This document shows positions 63,206 through 64,000 of a stretch of 64,000 bases of DNA, one piece after another. The stretch's first letter is position 1. Every line of letters starts with the position of its first letter. Under the pieces are notes generated by a model that was not told the DNA's origin, did no database searches, and worked only from the letters and a program-made list of their open reading frames with translations. The stretch is taken from NCBI GenBank assembly GCA_005788205.1, contig SXYT01000076.1:3760-67759 (forward strand), written 5' to 3'. The position numbers were made by a program, and so were the translations under genes. Source of the stretch: Actinomycetota bacterium (GTDB lineage: Bacteria; Actinomycetota; Acidimicrobiia; Acidimicrobiales; Ilumatobacteraceae).

Positions 63206-64000
63206 ATGGGCGACGACACGCTGTTCTCCGCCGCTGCGCGGGAGCGTCTCGCCCAGCGGTCGCCCCTGGCGGCCCGGTTGCGACCGCGCACGCTCGACGA
63301 GGTCGTCGGCCAGGAACACCTGACAGCACCCGGGCGCCCGCTGCGCAGGCTGGTCGAGGCCGATGCACTCTCGTCGGTCATCCTGTGGGGTCCGCCCGGA
63401 ACGGGGAAGACGACGATCGCGGGGATCATCGCCGGCACCACGGAGCGCGAGTTCGAGCGGCTCTCGGCCGTGACAGCGGGAGTGAAGGACATCCGCGAGG
63501 TGATCGAGCGCGCGAACGACCGCATCGGCCAGTACTCGCGCTCGACACTCGTCTTCGTCGACGAGATCCACCGGTTCTCGACCACGCAGCAGGACGCGCT
63601 CCTGCACGCCGTGGAGAGCGGCCTGCTGACGCTCATCGGCGCGACCACGGAGAACCCGTCGTTCTCGGTGAACCCGGCCCTGCGCAGCAGGTCCACCGTC
63701 TTTCGTCTCCACCCCGTCGGGGAGGAGGCACTTGTCGCGGTCCTGCACAGGGGTCTCGAGGCTGAGGGCCGCACGGCAGATGACGGAGTGCTCGAGCGCA
63801 TCGCAGCGCGTTGCGCCGGTGACGCGCGACAGGCACTCACCGCGCTCGAGGTCGCCTGTGCGATCTCCGGTGCAGGACCGGTGGGAATGGAGGAGGCTGC
63901 CGCCGCACTCGACACGAGCGTGCAGAGGTTCGACCGTGACGCCCACTACGACATCGCGTCACCGTTCATCAAGTCGATGCGGTCCGGCGATGTCGATGCC
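63206..64000 (+). CDS. rarA: Replication-associated recombination protein A (RarA/MgsA AAA+ ATPase), 5-prime part; continues beyond the window
   Basis: Frame open from ATG 63206 to the window end. My own translation gives LAARLRPRTLDEVVGQEHL, Walker A WGPPGTGKTT, Walker B VFVDEIHRF, QQDALL..VE.G...LIGATTENPSF.VN.AL.SR, and DAHYD. It is absent from the ORF track because no stop codon falls inside the window. Confidence 0.88.
   Translation, partial: MGDDTLFSAAARERLAQRSPLAARLRPRTLDEVVGQEHLTAPGRPLRRLVEADALSSVILWGPPGTGKTTIAGIIAGTTEREFERLSAVTAGVKDIREVIERANDRIGQYSRSTLVFVDEIHRFSTTQQDALLHAVESGLLTLIGATTENPSFSVNPALRSRSTVFRLHPVGEEALVAVLHRGLEAEGRTADDGVLERIAARCAGDARQALTALEVACAISGAGPVGMEEAAAALDTSVQRFDRDAHYDIASPFIKSMRSGDVDA

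Noticed and set aside
1-64000. Looked for tRNA, rRNA or tmRNA genes, CRISPR repeats, IS or transposase inverted repeats, integrases, toxin-antitoxin pairs and known defence-system genes
   Set aside because: None were found. Intergenic gaps are all 244 bp or shorter and are accounted for. No spaced identical repeats of CRISPR type and no transposase-like or integrase-like translations appear in the ORF track. Covariance-model scans (tRNAscan-SE, Infernal/Rfam) would be needed to exclude small RNAs formally.

Overview
This is a high-GC (roughly 65-70% by eye) chromosomal core region of an Actinomycetota-type genome. It is almost entirely co-directional: 60 of 64 called CDS lie on the + strand, many with 1-4 nt start/stop overlaps. 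All gene calls rest on motifs I recognise in the ORF translations; no searches were run.

Gene content, left to right:
- An HNH endonuclease and a BPL/LplA-like protein.
- A complete dcw cell-division and wall cluster: mraZ-rsmH-ftsL-ftsI-murE-mraY-murD-ftsW-murG-murC-murB-ftsQ-ftsZ-yggS-sepF-yggT.
- ileS, a lysine-rich DksA/TraR-like protein, lspA and rluD.
- An Rrf2 regulator (- strand) divergent from an alkaline-phosphatase-family protein, then a Bpa-like proteasome activator and dnaE.
- A hypothetical protein and a nitroreductase.
- A DUF255 thioredoxin-fold protein and an InhA-type fabI on the - strand, divergent from npdG-mshC.
- An acyltransferase, then thrS-HIT-(membrane protein)-pgsA1-PIM acyltransferase.
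- A 2.5 kb arsenic/F420 islet: ArsI/CadI, a MIP channel and arsC on the + strand, and an LLM oxidoreductase on the - strand.
- pimA, lemA-htpX, a DUF3048 lipoprotein, pdxS-pdxT-yebC-bcp, ruvCAB, queA-tgt, yajC-secD-secF, relA, hisS, aspS and the 5-prime part of rarA.

I found no tRNA or rRNA genes, CRISPR arrays, IS elements or obvious defence systems. I cannot honestly point to a clearly novel multi-gene system.

The most noteworthy observations are:
- Five exactly phased AGTGG boxes wrapped around a consensus promoter upstream of mraZ, followed by a 5-prime hairpin that reaches into the SD.
- A near-consensus LexA SOS box upstream of ruvC.
- A histone-tail-like PAKK repeat and coiled coil fused to a cysteine-less DksA/TraR module.
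- An ars islet (MIP channel translationally coupled to arsC, no arsR, no Acr3/ArsB) interrupting the conserved pgsA1-acyltransferase-pimA operon.
- The absence of murF and divIVA from their canonical dcw positions.
- Two copies of a 12-bp perfect palindrome 21 bp apart in the 5-prime part of ftsI.
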